Position numbers and translations under genes: made by a program
Source: a virus
Strand: one strand, 5' to 3'
Virus record (IMG/VR): IMGVR_UViG_3300018080_000099
Coordinates: 1 to 64,000 of that record
Length of the DNA stretch: 64,000 nucleotides
Notes under the pieces: model-generated
Databases searched by the model: none
What the model was told of the DNA's origin: nothing
Seen by the model: only the letters and a program-made list of their open reading frames with translations
In this document: positions 18,506 to 28,343 of the stretch, one piece after another
Position numbering within the stretch: position 1 is the stretch's first letter
How the letters are laid out: each line of letters starts with the position of its first letter

Positions 18506-18685
18506 ATGACAAGGAACGAAATACCATTCCTTAAAGTTATAGTTAATGAAACAAGTGCTTCAGTCCGGTTAGATGGTGAGGAATTGTTTAATACAACTGG
18601 AACAGCAAACAATGTTGAAACTGCATTGGTATCATACTTAAGTGGAATGTATACCGGATATGTTAAGGGAAAGGAAAGTCAGTGA
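18506..18685 (+). CDS. hypothetical small protein (start uncertain: ORF ATG at 18476 abuts the -10)
   Basis: ORF 18476..18685; first ATG lies 1 nt after TATATT so internal ATG 18506 preferred. Confidence 0.3.
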   Translation: MTRNEIPFLKVIVNETSASVRLDGEELFNTTGTANNVETALVSYLSGMYTGYVKGKESQ

Positions 18686-18864
18686 GAGGAAAAGCAGCTA
18701 AGCAGGCAAGACAAGAAGTCGCGCTTGGAAACCTTCGGAAACACAAAGCTAAGGCAGATAAGAAACTTGCCGGAGCTAAGGACGAGAAAGAGAAGTCCAT
18801 GTGGGAGAAGGAAGTCAAGCGCATTGATGGGGAAATCCAAATCCTCGAAGCAAGGACCAAATGA
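18682..18864 (+). CDS. basic small protein
   Basis: ATGA overlap. Confidence 0.45.
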   Translation: MRGKAAKQARQEVALGNLRKHKAKADKKLAGAKDEKEKSMWEKEVKRIDGEIQILEARTK

Positions 18865-19130
18865 TAGATGGGGTACCTAATCCTAGACATGAGCGAAAGA
18901 AGCGAGTTGACACAATACGGCATATAAATATAATGCACGTTTGCTGTTGTTGTGGCAGGGAGCTTGATACGCACTGGGATATGGCAGACAAACTTGACGG
19001 CCGATGGATGGCACTGGAAGTTGACTTCAGTGAAATCTTCGGCTCGTTTGTAGCAGACCCCAAACGCATACTTTGTAACTGGTGCTTCGGCACTGGCGAG
19101 TGGAAGAAGAAAGGGATAAAGCTACGATGA
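18861..19130 (+). CDS. zinc-finger small protein (CCCCGREL...CNWCFGTGEW)
   Basis: ATGA overlap; Cys clusters. Confidence 0.5.
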   Translation: MIDGVPNPRHERKKRVDTIRHINIMHVCCCCGRELDTHWDMADKLDGRWMALEVDFSEIFGSFVADPKRILCNWCFGTGEWKKKGIKLR

Positions 19131-19381
19131 AACGATACGATGAACCTTCCTACATGCGCGCCGACCCTTATCCTATTCAATCCACAAGGCTCAGTGAAAC
19201 CCTGAAGGACAGGAAAATACGTGCCGAAAGAGAAAGCCGGGAGAATCTTGAAGCTCACCGGGAACTGATAAACTATGCCGAAGAGGTAAAAGCTAAGTTC
19301 AGAGAAGAACGTGGCAAAGCACCGAAGGCAAATGCTACAGTCGATTGGAAGAAACCTTTCATTCCGACTATTGAGGAATAA
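19127..19381 (+). CDS. hypothetical protein
   Basis: ATGA overlap with upstream stop (ORF 19082..19381 trimmed). Confidence 0.45.
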   Translation: MKRYDEPSYMRADPYPIQSTRLSETLKDRKIRAERESRENLEAHRELINYAEEVKAKFREERGKAPKANATVDWKKPFIPTIEE

Positions 19382-20013
19382 TGGAATTCAATACTTACAC
19401 AGACTTGTTCTTCAAAGAGGGACGCTTTGAAGCTCATGAACAGTGGATGAAGGACAACCTTATCTTTGAAGCTGTGATGGGCTCTCAAGCATATGGACTA
19501 GCTACGCCAGAATCCGATGTTGACGTTGTGGCTCTGGTGATGAACAAGGAAGAGCATCTGTGGCCTCAGAGGTATGGGTATGTGGTGGGTTTCGACACCA
19601 TCCCCAACTTCGAGTCCAAAGAGATAAAGGGCAAAGAGAAACGTATCTACTTGCCCGATGGAAGGGACGTTGAAGGCGAGTGGAACAGCTTAGTCAGATT
19701 CTTCTATCTGGCTGGGTTGAAAGGCTCACCGAATCTGATTGAGATTCTTTTCGTCAGGCGTCCGATGATTAAGTTCGGCCACAAGATTGCATGGAACCTG
19801 ATTGACAATAAGCACAAGTTCCTCTCCATGAGGACGTTCCATGCCTTCAAGGGCTATGCTTTCCAGCAAGTTGCTCGTATTAGAAGAGCTGTTGAACGAA
19901 ATGAACAAAATTATCGTCAAGCAGAAAGACTTGAGAAATCTTTGAATTTGGATAGAAGTTATCATATTGACGAAATAAAAGAAGAAATGGAAAAACGTGG
20001 ATTAAAAATATAA
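19381..20013 (+). CDS. predicted nucleotidyltransferase (Pol-beta superfamily)
   Basis: GS-x9-DxD motif: VMGSQAYGLATPESDVDVV; 3' end AT-rich. Confidence 0.45.
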   Translation: MEFNTYTDLFFKEGRFEAHEQWMKDNLIFEAVMGSQAYGLATPESDVDVVALVMNKEEHLWPQRYGYVVGFDTIPNFESKEIKGKEKRIYLPDGRDVEGEWNSLVRFFYLAGLKGSPNLIEILFVRRPMIKFGHKIAWNLIDNKHKFLSMRTFHAFKGYAFQQVARIRRAVERNEQNYRQAERLEKSLNLDRSYHIDEIKEEMEKRGLKI

Positions 20014-20112
20014 ATACTCATAGGATGATTTGGGACAGAGGGTAGCTCCCTTTTCCAACCACGAAGGATTACCAAACATCTCTAACTAATAACCTTACGT
20101 GGGAGGTATCTT

Positions 20113-20766
20113 ATGAGTATTCATATTATCTACAAGACTTATTGTATTCCAACACAAAAGTATTATGTTGGACAACATAAACAAGAAACACAAGAGTTTG
20201 ATGGATATTTAGGTTCTGGTTTAAAAATTAAAAGAGCAATTAAGAAGTATGGAAAAGAGAACTTTTTTCGTGAAACTCTTGAAGTTTGTTCAGAAGATGT
20301 TGTTGACGAAAGAGAAATATTTTGGATTGATAAATTAAGTGCAACAGATATTGGTTATAATATAGATGTTGGTGGTTCTGGTGGTAATAACATTGTTTGG
20401 ACTGAAGAAAAAAGAAAAGAACATTCTTTGATACGCAAAGGAAAATTTTTAGGAGAAGACAATTCTAACTTCGGTAATAAGTGGACAGATAAACAAAAGC
20501 AACTTATTAGTCGGTTGAATAAGGGTAGAAAGCAATCCCAAGAGACGATTGATAAAAGAGTTACTAAGAATAAAGGAAAGAAGAGAAGTCAAAAGTTTGT
20601 TATAGAAAACATTGAGCGAATGAAAAAACTAAAAGAAAATAATCCAGACATATTTAGTTCTGGTAAAGATACTGTTTGGATGAACAATGGAAAAGTTACT
20701 AAAAGAGTAAGAATAAAAGAAGTCGAACAATTTGAAATGAAAGGTTTTATAAAAGGAAGATTATGA
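20113..20766 (+). CDS. GIY-YIG homing endonuclease (I-TevI-like catalytic domain + C-terminal DNA-binding repeats)
   Basis: IYKTYCIPTQKYYVGQ...YLGSG...R...E..W..L...GYNI; gene is AT-rich relative to surroundings. Confidence 0.75.
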   Translation: MSIHIIYKTYCIPTQKYYVGQHKQETQEFDGYLGSGLKIKRAIKKYGKENFFRETLEVCSEDVVDEREIFWIDKLSATDIGYNIDVGGSGGNNIVWTEEKRKEHSLIRKGKFLGEDNSNFGNKWTDKQKQLISRLNKGRKQSQETIDKRVTKNKGKKRSQKFVIENIERMKKLKENNPDIFSSGKDTVWMNNGKVTKRVRIKEVEQFEMKGFIKGRL

Positions 20767-21251
20767 AAAAGTTGAAAGATTTGACAAATGAAGAATTAGA
20801 AAGATACTACAACCATAAGTCATATGATACTAAAATGGCTTATCATCCATTGAGATTGCTTGACCAGTTGAACCAACTCCTTGACGAAGGCACCATTGAC
20901 CTGATGAACAACAATCAGGAATGTAAAGCCATGCGTAAGGGCGAGTGGGGAGACTGGAAGAAGTTCGAAAGAGTCATGGGCGAAAGACTTGAAGCAATTG
21001 AGAAGAAAGCTCTGACTCAGAATGCCATCTCTCCAAAGCCACGGCTAGGTGAGCTGAAGCAATTGCTTGCCGATAGCATTGAGGAATGGTACGGCTCTGA
21101 AGCTGGGATGCAGAAACAAGCTACAGAATATGTTTCTGTGAACCAGCTGTGGGAGAAGTTTGAAGCTCTTGAACGCAAGATGGATGTCAAACTTATCCAG
21201 CAAACTTGGGACCGTCTTGACAGAATCGAATCCCTACTAAAGGAGATGTGA
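20763..21251 (+). CDS. hypothetical protein
   Basis: ATGA overlap. Confidence 0.5.
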   Translation: MKKLKDLTNEELERYYNHKSYDTKMAYHPLRLLDQLNQLLDEGTIDLMNNNQECKAMRKGEWGDWKKFERVMGERLEAIEKKALTQNAISPKPRLGELKQLLADSIEEWYGSEAGMQKQATEYVSVNQLWEKFEALERKMDVKLIQQTWDRLDRIESLLKEM

Positions 21252-21252
21252 G

Positions 21253-21555
21253 ATGCCTGAAGGTAGTCTATCGTTTAAGGATGGTAGTAAGATTTCGCAC
21301 ACCGAGACCAACCCTCAGAAGTGCCCTATCGCTTACGTCGAAGGGTACTGTAACATAGGGAGTCAGTCATTGAACGGGATGTACAACATCTGGTTTAAGC
21401 CATGTCTCTTTGATGAAAAGATGATATGTCGCTGTGTGGATGACCCTGAGGCTTGCATTGACCAGATACGCCAGAAGATTGGCGACCCTGTTACAGTGCG
21501 CCGAATGAAGAACCATGAGAAGAAAATGGGCTTACATAGAAGGGAGGCAGAATGA
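21253..21555 (+). CDS. hypothetical Cys-containing protein
   Basis: ORF track. Confidence 0.5.
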   Translation: MPEGSLSFKDGSKISHTETNPQKCPIAYVEGYCNIGSQSLNGMYNIWFKPCLFDEKMICRCVDDPEACIDQIRQKIGDPVTVRRMKNHEKKMGLHRREAE

Positions 21556-21848
21556 GTAAGGTTTCAAAGAAAAGAGCCGCCGAGAAGCGCAGGCAACAAA
21601 AGTTCGCCAAAAAACAGGCGAAGAAAGCTCTTTACGAATCATACGCGAATCAGGGTGTCAACAAGAAGTCTAAGCGATTTCAGAAAAAGGGAAAGAAGAA
21701 GTTGGTGTCCGGCATTGACCATCCACTTGGGCCTTGTGGAAATCCCGGATGTATCAAGTGCTTTGGCATTAACTTCGAACCATTCCTGAGAAAGGGCATT
21801 CCTTTCCGGATGCCTCAATGGATGTACCTCAGGTGGAAAGCTGCCTGA
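21552..21848 (+). CDS. basic protein (Lys/Arg-rich N-terminus, C-terminal Cys pair)
   Basis: ATGA overlap. Confidence 0.45.
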   Translation: MSKVSKKRAAEKRRQQKFAKKQAKKALYESYANQGVNKKSKRFQKKGKKKLVSGIDHPLGPCGNPGCIKCFGINFEPFLRKGIPFRMPQWMYLRWKAA

Positions 21849-21882
21849 AGCTTATCGAATAAGTTTTTACCACAATAGCTTA

Positions 21883-21912
21883 TTGACATCCAATCCTCCA
21901 ACGTATTATATT
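21883..21912 (+). promoter_or_regulatory. sigma70-type promoter
   Basis: tattgacatccaatcctccaacgtattatatt. Confidence 0.45.
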
Positions 21913-21953
21913 ATTGGGGAAACCTAATATGAGATTCGTTGGAGGATTTTTTA

Positions 21954-23461
21954 TGTCGATTAATGTCCCATCAACGGGAGACAGCTTACATCCTAATAGT
22001 GCTGAAAAGACTTTGGTAGGACAGGTTATCGCCGACCTTGGTGGGGCTCTGTTTGCTACCGAATCAATTGATAAAGTCTTTGACTTCGCCGCTAAGGGAT
22101 TCCCGAATAGCAAGTTCTATCAGAAGCTCATTAAGATTGCTAGAGGAACTGCGCCTGTTATCATCACAGGACACAAGATTTATTCCTCAGCTAAGCGGTT
22201 CCAAGAAATGCAGAAGCTGAAGTATGCAAGGCAGAAAAAGTCTTTCCGCCTTCTTCAGCTGATGGAGCAACAGGACGCGGACGAATACGACCTTGATTAC
22301 TACGAGTTCAATGTAGGCAAGGAAGTAATCAAATGGTTCCTCTCTCGTCCAAAGACTGATAAGTTCAAGATAGTTGACTTCTACGACTCCGAGTTCGAGT
22401 CCACTACAATCAAGTCTCTCGACCAAGGTGAATACTACATTTACATTGAATACGACAAACACAAGTTCATGTGCGACTTGGACCTAACAGTCATCAATGA
22501 AAACGTCCTTGTTTCATCTTGTATCATTCACACGACTGCAAGGTGGAAAAAAGTAAACGAACTGAAGTCCATTGTGTTCGGGGAGTTTATCAATAGCTTT
22601 GATACTGATAACAATGTTATCATTCATGAATCCCGTGGGCTTAGCAGTCGTCCAAGAATGGACATTGGGTATGAGGTTTCCCAGTTCAATGTCAAAGCAT
22701 TCAAAAGTGAGATTGAGAAGGCTATCAATAAGCTGAAGAAACGGGGCTACATTATAGTAGGCCCGCCGGGAGTCGGGAAGTCCACGGTTGTTGTGAAGAT
22801 GGAATCGGAACTTGTGAAGGTTCCTATCATCTACATTTCGTCAAGTGGTTCGGCCTTCCGTGAGGATGTTGCTAACACATTCAAGTTCCTGAGGTCCATC
22901 AGTCCATGCGTAGCTGTGTTTGAAGATTTGGATTCGTATGAACTGACAAATAAGCAGGACAGAATCTTTGGTGAGTTCATTGAGCAAATGGATTCCTTGA
23001 AGCATCAGGAGTGTGTTATTATCATTGCGACTGTCAATGAGCCTGAGAACATCCACGGTTCACTTATCAATCGTCGTGGAAGGTTCGATAAGATTTTCTT
23101 TGTAGACTTCCCGAAGTCCGAGAAGGAAATCATGTGTGTCATGAAGAACAAGTATGCGAAGGAGATTAAGAAAGAGTTCCCCTTCAAAAAGCTGGACGAT
23201 AAATTCATTGAAAGCATCATTAAAAACCGACTGAGTCATGCTGACATCTGTGAGCTTATTGACCACCTTATCATCAATGACATTGAGATAACTGAGGAAA
23301 CGCTGTGGGATAGTTTGAGGGTATTGCTTGAGACACAGCAGGCAATTGCCAAGTGTGAAGCATACGATGATGGCCCCTCCAATGATGAAGAGGAAGATTG
23401 GACGGATGCTGTTGGTTGTGCTCAAAGTACTCTACAAGCAATCAGAAAGGTGAGAGGATAA
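21954..23461 (+). CDS. AAA+ ATPase
   Basis: Walker A GPPGVGKST, Walker B CVAVFEDLD; start 21954 (RBS GGAGGA) or 21930. Confidence 0.6.
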
Positions 23462-23462
23462 C

Positions 23463-23765
23463 ATGTGGATTTTCGGAATGTACTTGACGGGTTTGATATT
23501 GCACATTGTCATTGCCATTTGGATGTGGGGAGCTAAGCTCAGGAACCCGGATGACAAGGATTTGCAGGACTCCGAAGTTGAAACTATCCTAGTCATTGGA
23601 ATCTTTTGGCCCTTTGTCTACGGACTTGTTTTGCTGGGGCTTATTGTTTCATTTGCGACTGTGAGTTTGAAGTATTGCGTGATAAACTTTGGAAGGTCCA
23701 AAGAACAGCATACATCCTTTAAGGACGTTGCTCACGATTCAATGATAGGAGATATAATAAAGTAA
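23463..23765 (+). CDS. membrane protein (3 TM)
   Basis: hydrophobic helices. Confidence 0.45.
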   Translation: MWIFGMYLTGLILHIVIAIWMWGAKLRNPDDKDLQDSEVETILVIGIFWPFVYGLVLLGLIVSFATVSLKYCVINFGRSKEQHTSFKDVAHDSMIGDIIK

Positions 23766-24259
23766 TGGCACTCATCATCACGGCACCCAAAGAAGTCTAC
23801 TCAATTGAGAACACCAAGAACACGAAGCTGTTTTTGGCAGGAGGGGTTACGAATTGTCCTGACTGGCAGACGGCGGTTTGTAAGGAGCTACGTGGAGTTG
23901 ATGGACTGACAATCTACAACCCACGGCGCAAGACATTCAAGGACACTCCACAAGAGGCAGAGAAACAGATAGTGTGGGAATACAACCACCTTGCGGATGC
24001 CGACATTCTTGCGTTCTGGTTCTCTCATGGTTCTCTGAATCCCATTACTCTCTATGAGTTGGGAAGGTGGGGAAACTCAGCTAAGAAACAATTAATCATC
24101 GGGATTGACCCGAAGTACCAACGCAGGCAGGATGTCATTGTACAGACGATACTTGCAAGGGATGACTTCAATGCGGAGTCTGATTTCTCTGATGAGCTGT
24201 CTGCTTTTTGTAAACAAGTGTGCGTTACAGTACGCAACCGAATGTGGTGGAGCATATAA
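23765..24259 (+). CDS. nucleoside 2-deoxyribosyltransferase-like (Rcl/DNPH1 / PF05014-like) protein
   Basis: KLFLAGG...PDW......IYNP...W...L..ADILAFWFSHGSLNPITLYELGRW pattern typical of this fold. Confidence 0.4.
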   Translation: MALIITAPKEVYSIENTKNTKLFLAGGVTNCPDWQTAVCKELRGVDGLTIYNPRRKTFKDTPQEAEKQIVWEYNHLADADILAFWFSHGSLNPITLYELGRWGNSAKKQLIIGIDPKYQRRQDVIVQTILARDDFNAESDFSDELSAFCKQVCVTVRNRMWWSI

Positions 24260-24268
24260 GGAGGAGTC

Positions 24269-24475
24269 ATGAGAGTAGGACAAGAAGTATTCATTGTTGG
24301 TGGAACCGATGACGACTACGAAGGACACATCTACAAGTCCGAAGAAGAAATCATGAAGGCTTTGAGTATTGAGAATGTCATGGAACTCGACCACATCATG
24401 AAGGTTCAAATCGTTAGCTTCCACAAGATTGTAACGAGGACTCCAGTCCTTGAGGAGATAGAGGAAGATGGGTGA
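24269..24475 (+). CDS. hypothetical small protein
   Basis: RBS AAGGAGGAG. Confidence 0.4.
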   Translation: MRVGQEVFIVGGTDDDYEGHIYKSEEEIMKALSIENVMELDHIMKVQIVSFHKIVTRTPVLEEIEEDG

Positions 24476-25139
24476 AACACATCCGAGCTACGGCCAAATA
24501 GGATTCAGTAGAACATCCTCCAGTGGCAACCGAAGGCTTTACGGAACTTCCATAAACCATCGGAACACAATCCGGCTGGAGATTAAGGAGTCCGAAGTCA
24601 GACGCGACCTCAATCGGTATTGGTACTTTGCTCCTAAGACCATCATTGAAGTCGAGATGTCACAGAACCAGTTTGCTGAATTGGTTAGCTCATTCAACAT
24701 GGGCGACGGCGTCCCTTGTACAATCACAAGAAGGGACGGGGAACTGGTTGACCCTCCGCCATGTGAGAATGTTCGTGATGTGCTGGAGAATGAGTTCCAA
24801 GATGACATCGACAGAAACTTGGCAAGAACCATCGAGCTTATTGAAAAGGCCGAGGAAATGCTGAGTCAGAAGAAAGCAATCACCAAGGCTCAGATGCATG
24901 ACCTTGAGGAAATACTATTCCACCTGAAACAGGACCTTCAGTCCAATCTGAAGTTCGTTATGCAGAGCTTCAACAAACAGGTGAATAAATCCGTAACCGA
25001 GGCTAAGGGAGAGATTGAAGCCTTTGTAGAAACGAAGGTGCGCTCATATGGCATTGAGCATTTGAAGAAGGATGCTCAGGTTTCCCTGCCCGATGAAATG
25101 ACTAAGGAGTTACCAGATGGACAAGACAATCACCTTTGA
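24468..25139 (+). CDS. hypothetical protein
   Basis: ORF track. Confidence 0.5.
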   Translation: MGETHPSYGQIGFSRTSSSGNRRLYGTSINHRNTIRLEIKESEVRRDLNRYWYFAPKTIIEVEMSQNQFAELVSSFNMGDGVPCTITRRDGELVDPPPCENVRDVLENEFQDDIDRNLARTIELIEKAEEMLSQKKAITKAQMHDLEEILFHLKQDLQSNLKFVMQSFNKQVNKSVTEAKGEIEAFVETKVRSYGIEHLKKDAQVSLPDEMTKELPDGQDNHL

Positions 25140-25557
25140 ATTGGATATGACTGACAATGAGCACGCATTTTTCTATGATGACTTAATTTCATTTAAAGGT
25201 GTGAGTAAGGTTGCTCTTGGTTGTCAGGGTGACTTCCGTGAAGAGTTTGATGAATTCCCGTCTACTTCTACTGGTATGGGTGGAACCTTAAGTTATAGAG
25301 TTACAGCAGACGAAGAAGTCATTAAAACATTTGAGGAAAAGCTTAAAGAAGGTTATAAAATAGTTTATAAGGAAATATGTTATAATATAGGGGCGAGATT
25401 AAAATCAAAAAATATGTTCCCGCCAACTCAAAGAAGAGTTCAATTTTCATATTCTGGTAAAAATGCTAAAAAGATTTGTGAGTGGATGTATGAAGGTTCA
25501 AATAAAGAAATAAGAATGGAAAGAAAGTATAAAAAGTTTAAGGAGTATTTTAAATGA
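25117..25557 (+). CDS. hypothetical protein (AT-rich gene)
   Basis: RBS AAGGAG; low GC 3' half. Confidence 0.45.
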   Translation: MDKTITFELDMTDNEHAFFYDDLISFKGVSKVALGCQGDFREEFDEFPSTSTGMGGTLSYRVTADEEVIKTFEEKLKEGYKIVYKEICYNIGARLKSKNMFPPTQRRVQFSYSGKNAKKICEWMYEGSNKEIRMERKYKKFKEYFK

Positions 25558-26330
25558 AAAAGCAATCATCACTTGGAACAAGATGTAAAACTTATGAAAA
25601 AGCAACAGAGATTTATTTGACAAGAAGGACTCCTGTCATTATTCGTCTTGACGGTGTTGCTTTTCACACATTGACAAAAGGTATGAACCGTCCGTTCGAT
25701 GATGATTTGATTGAATGTATGACTAAAACAACTCAATCCCTTGTCAAAAATATTGAGGGTTGTGAGTTCGGTTATACGCAATCAGATGAAATAACTTTGC
25801 TATTAACAGATTATAAAAAGTTAGAAACTCAGGCTTGGTTTGATTATCGTAAAAGCAAAATAGAAAGCGTGGCGGCTTCAATGGCAACGGCATATTTCAA
25901 TCACGAGTTTATGGCTAAGTTCCCTGAAAGGTATGATAGGAAGCCAGCATTCTTTGATGCTCGCGCTTTTAATGTTCCAAGAGAAGATGTTGTAAACGTG
26001 GTTATCTGGCGCCAACAAGACTGTACTCGTAACTCGATTCAGATGGTTGGACAAGCCAACTTCTCACACAAACAACTCCACGGTAAGTCCTGTGATGCAA
26101 TTCAGGAAATGCTTTGGCAGGAACACAACATCAACTGGAATGATACTGAGACTCACAAGAAGCGTGGCACATGTGTTTACAAAACTACTCGCTTCGTTCC
26201 ATTGAGTCAGGGCCTGTCTGCTGTAGGAATGTCACAAAGAACTGAATACACGATTGACAGGGAGATTCCTATATTCACTCAGGACAGAGAGTTTGTTCAG
26301 CAATGGGTGGACGTTGAGGAGGATGAGTAA
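25554..26330 (+). CDS. tRNA-His guanylyltransferase (Thg1)-like 3'-5' nucleotidyltransferase
   Basis: VIIRLDGVAFHTLTKGMNRPFDDDL, GYTQSDEITLL, VIWRQQDCTRNS: colinear with Thg1 motifs (RxDG..FH, QSDE, WRQ.DC). Confidence 0.7.
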   Translation: MKKQSSLGTRCKTYEKATEIYLTRRTPVIIRLDGVAFHTLTKGMNRPFDDDLIECMTKTTQSLVKNIEGCEFGYTQSDEITLLLTDYKKLETQAWFDYRKSKIESVAASMATAYFNHEFMAKFPERYDRKPAFFDARAFNVPREDVVNVVIWRQQDCTRNSIQMVGQANFSHKQLHGKSCDAIQEMLWQEHNINWNDTETHKKRGTCVYKTTRFVPLSQGLSAVGMSQRTEYTIDREIPIFTQDREFVQQWVDVEEDE

Positions 26331-26332
26331 GC

Positions 26333-26599
26333 ATGTTTAGAGATATTGAAGCTTGGGAAGCTTGGATGGAAAGCTATAGAGAACAAGAAAGAATAAGATG
26401 TCCTCATTGTAACTTTGATGCTTCTTTTGATGGGAATGGTTTTGAAATGTGTGAAGCTGGAGTAAAAGTTTCTTACAGTGGTTATCCCGATGAAGAAGAC
26501 CAAATCATTGAATGCCCGAGTTGTGAGAAACCTTTTAAGATTCGGGAGCATGTTAGAAGGACATATGACACCTGTAAAATAGATGAGGAATTCGAATGA
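26333..26599 (+). CDS. zinc-ribbon protein (CPHC...CPSC)
   Basis: ORF track. Confidence 0.5.
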   Translation: MFRDIEAWEAWMESYREQERIRCPHCNFDASFDGNGFEMCEAGVKVSYSGYPDEEDQIIECPSCEKPFKIREHVRRTYDTCKIDEEFE

Positions 26600-26730
26600 C
26601 ACACATTGGTAGAGGACTTGCCAGCCTAGCAGTCTGTGGATTAGCTGCGTGGAGTATGCATGTCTCAGGCGGTTCAACAGGAGTCGGCTGGGGAATCTTT
26701 GGACTCTTTATCATTTGGGCTAACGTCTAA
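26596..26730 (+). CDS. small membrane peptide (44 aa)
   Basis: ATGA overlap; hydrophobic; below ORF-track cut-off. Confidence 0.3.
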   Translation: MTHIGRGLASLAVCGLAAWSMHVSGGSTGVGWGIFGLFIIWANV

Positions 26731-26741
26731 AGGAGTTATTA

Positions 26742-27028
26742 TGCAATGCCATTTCAAAGGGATTGGTCCGCCTGTTCGAGCTAAGCCGGGACTTCGTCAG
26801 CTTGCCAGAGAATTAGCAGACTACGACCATGATATTGAGGAACTAAAAGAAGGTCGAAACGAAATCATGGAGCGTATCAAGGCAATCTGCAACCACCCGG
26901 ATACTGAAAAGAAATCGCACAGTATTCCCGGTTCTTACTTAGACAGGTCTCAGTACCACGAGCAAATCGTGTGTAGTATCTGTGGTAAGGTGTTGGACGA
27001 AAAAGTCTCATACGGGAGCTTCGGATGA
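26742..27028 (+). CDS. hypothetical protein with C-terminal CxxC
   Basis: ATG with RBS AAGGAG inside ORF 26660..27028. Confidence 0.45.
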
Positions 27029-27384
27029 ACAATCACATTGACAAAGGCTACGTCACTTTCTACAATGGAATCATTTGCATCCATGACTACCAGTACTATT
27101 CGTATATGTGGCATGAGGACATCACCATTAAGACTGACGGAGATGGAATCACAGTCACGGCAACCCAAAGACAGATGGTTGACAACGAAGATATTAGAAG
27201 CTACAAAGACTACCCCGAGTCGTTTGAGGAAGTCCCTTACAAGGTGCCATACAAACTGTTTGGCTTCATTCCAATGCTCAGGTGGGCTAAGAGTCGTTGG
27301 TTGCTGAAAGCACGCAAGAAACAGACATGGCACTCAAAGACTTGGGAATTCGAGGAGAGGTTAAATGTCACTACCGATACCTGA
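27025..27384 (+). CDS. hypothetical protein
   Basis: ATGA overlap. Confidence 0.5.
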   Translation: MNNHIDKGYVTFYNGIICIHDYQYYSYMWHEDITIKTDGDGITVTATQRQMVDNEDIRSYKDYPESFEEVPYKVPYKLFGFIPMLRWAKSRWLLKARKKQTWHSKTWEFEERLNVTTDT

Positions 27385-27535
27385 AGAATATGATGCCACA
27401 TGGGTAATCGTGCTAAAGATAGTGATTACTGTTGTAACACTTGTCATTGTGGCTGTTACGTCCATCGGTGAAGGTTTCAAGATACTTCAACGCCGAAAGC
27501 GGAGAGGGCCCTCAATGGGCTTCAATAAGGAATAG
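27365..27535 (+). CDS. small membrane peptide (56 aa)
   Basis: single TM helix then basic tail; below cut-off. Confidence 0.3.
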   Translation: MSLPIPEEYDATWVIVLKIVITVVTLVIVAVTSIGEGFKILQRRKRRGPSMGFNKE

Positions 27536-27537
27536 AC

Positions 27538-28017
27538 ATGGGAATAGGTCCATTTAGTCATTGGTTGAGCGAAAGCTCTGCACCATCCAAACCGATTGGT
27601 GCTCCGTCATCCGGCCCAATTAGGCCGGGTAAGGTAACTCAGCTGGGCCATGCTGACTTTCACCCATACGTCACTCCAACCGATTATAAGGAGATAGTTG
27701 CGAGGATTGAGAAGGTAGAGAAGATTAATGAGCGGAACCCAAGAGCCGACAGGTACCATATTGAAAAGTCCCTGCAAGTCGGTACTGCACTCATCTTATA
27801 CATATCATATCCTAACTGTACGAACTATGAAGGCAGGAAGGTTCTTGTCTATAAGGATATGACGCTTGACAGATTGATGGTGCTTAACCACCAGCTTATC
27901 GACCCTCATTTCTCTGACAGCCCAAAGTTCATCTCTCCCATTGCTAGGTTCGTGCCAACCGACGAAGGAGTCAGGTTAGCAATTGAATTAGCAGAGCTTC
28001 TGTCAAGAGACTATTGA
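27538..28017 (+). CDS. hypothetical protein
   Basis: ORF track. Confidence 0.5.
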   Translation: MGIGPFSHWLSESSAPSKPIGAPSSGPIRPGKVTQLGHADFHPYVTPTDYKEIVARIEKVEKINERNPRADRYHIEKSLQVGTALILYISYPNCTNYEGRKVLVYKDMTLDRLMVLNHQLIDPHFSDSPKFISPIARFVPTDEGVRLAIELAELLSRDY

Positions 28018-28043
28018 CATCCCCGTTTGGAAAATGTTATTAT
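28014..28043 (+). promoter_or_regulatory. sigma70-type promoter
   Basis: tattgacatccccgtttggaaaatgttattat. Confidence 0.4.
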
Positions 28044-28107
28044 AAATAATATGGAATACTATTCAGGTTAGTATTCAGGTAAAATTATACACGGGAGCAG
28101 TTAGGAA

Positions 28108-28314
28108 ATGAGTAAGACTTTCCGAGATTACTACGAGAAGGAAAACTGGGGAAAGGGACAACGCGGCAAAAGTCACAAACAGAAAAGAAAGACAGCAAAA
28201 GAATATCTAAGGCAGATGGAAGAAGAGGATGACTACAACCTTGGATATGGCGACAACGGATATGAAGACCCATACTGGGATGATATAGATAGTAAGTTCA
28301 GCGAACTTGATTAG
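28108..28314 (+). CDS. small acidic/basic protein
   Basis: RBS AGGAAATG region; ORF track. Confidence 0.45.
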   Translation: MSKTFRDYYEKENWGKGQRGKSHKQKRKTAKEYLRQMEEEDDYNLGYGDNGYEDPYWDDIDSKFSELD

Positions 28315-28343
28315 ATTTTGAATACAGTTTATCGGAGGTTGAA

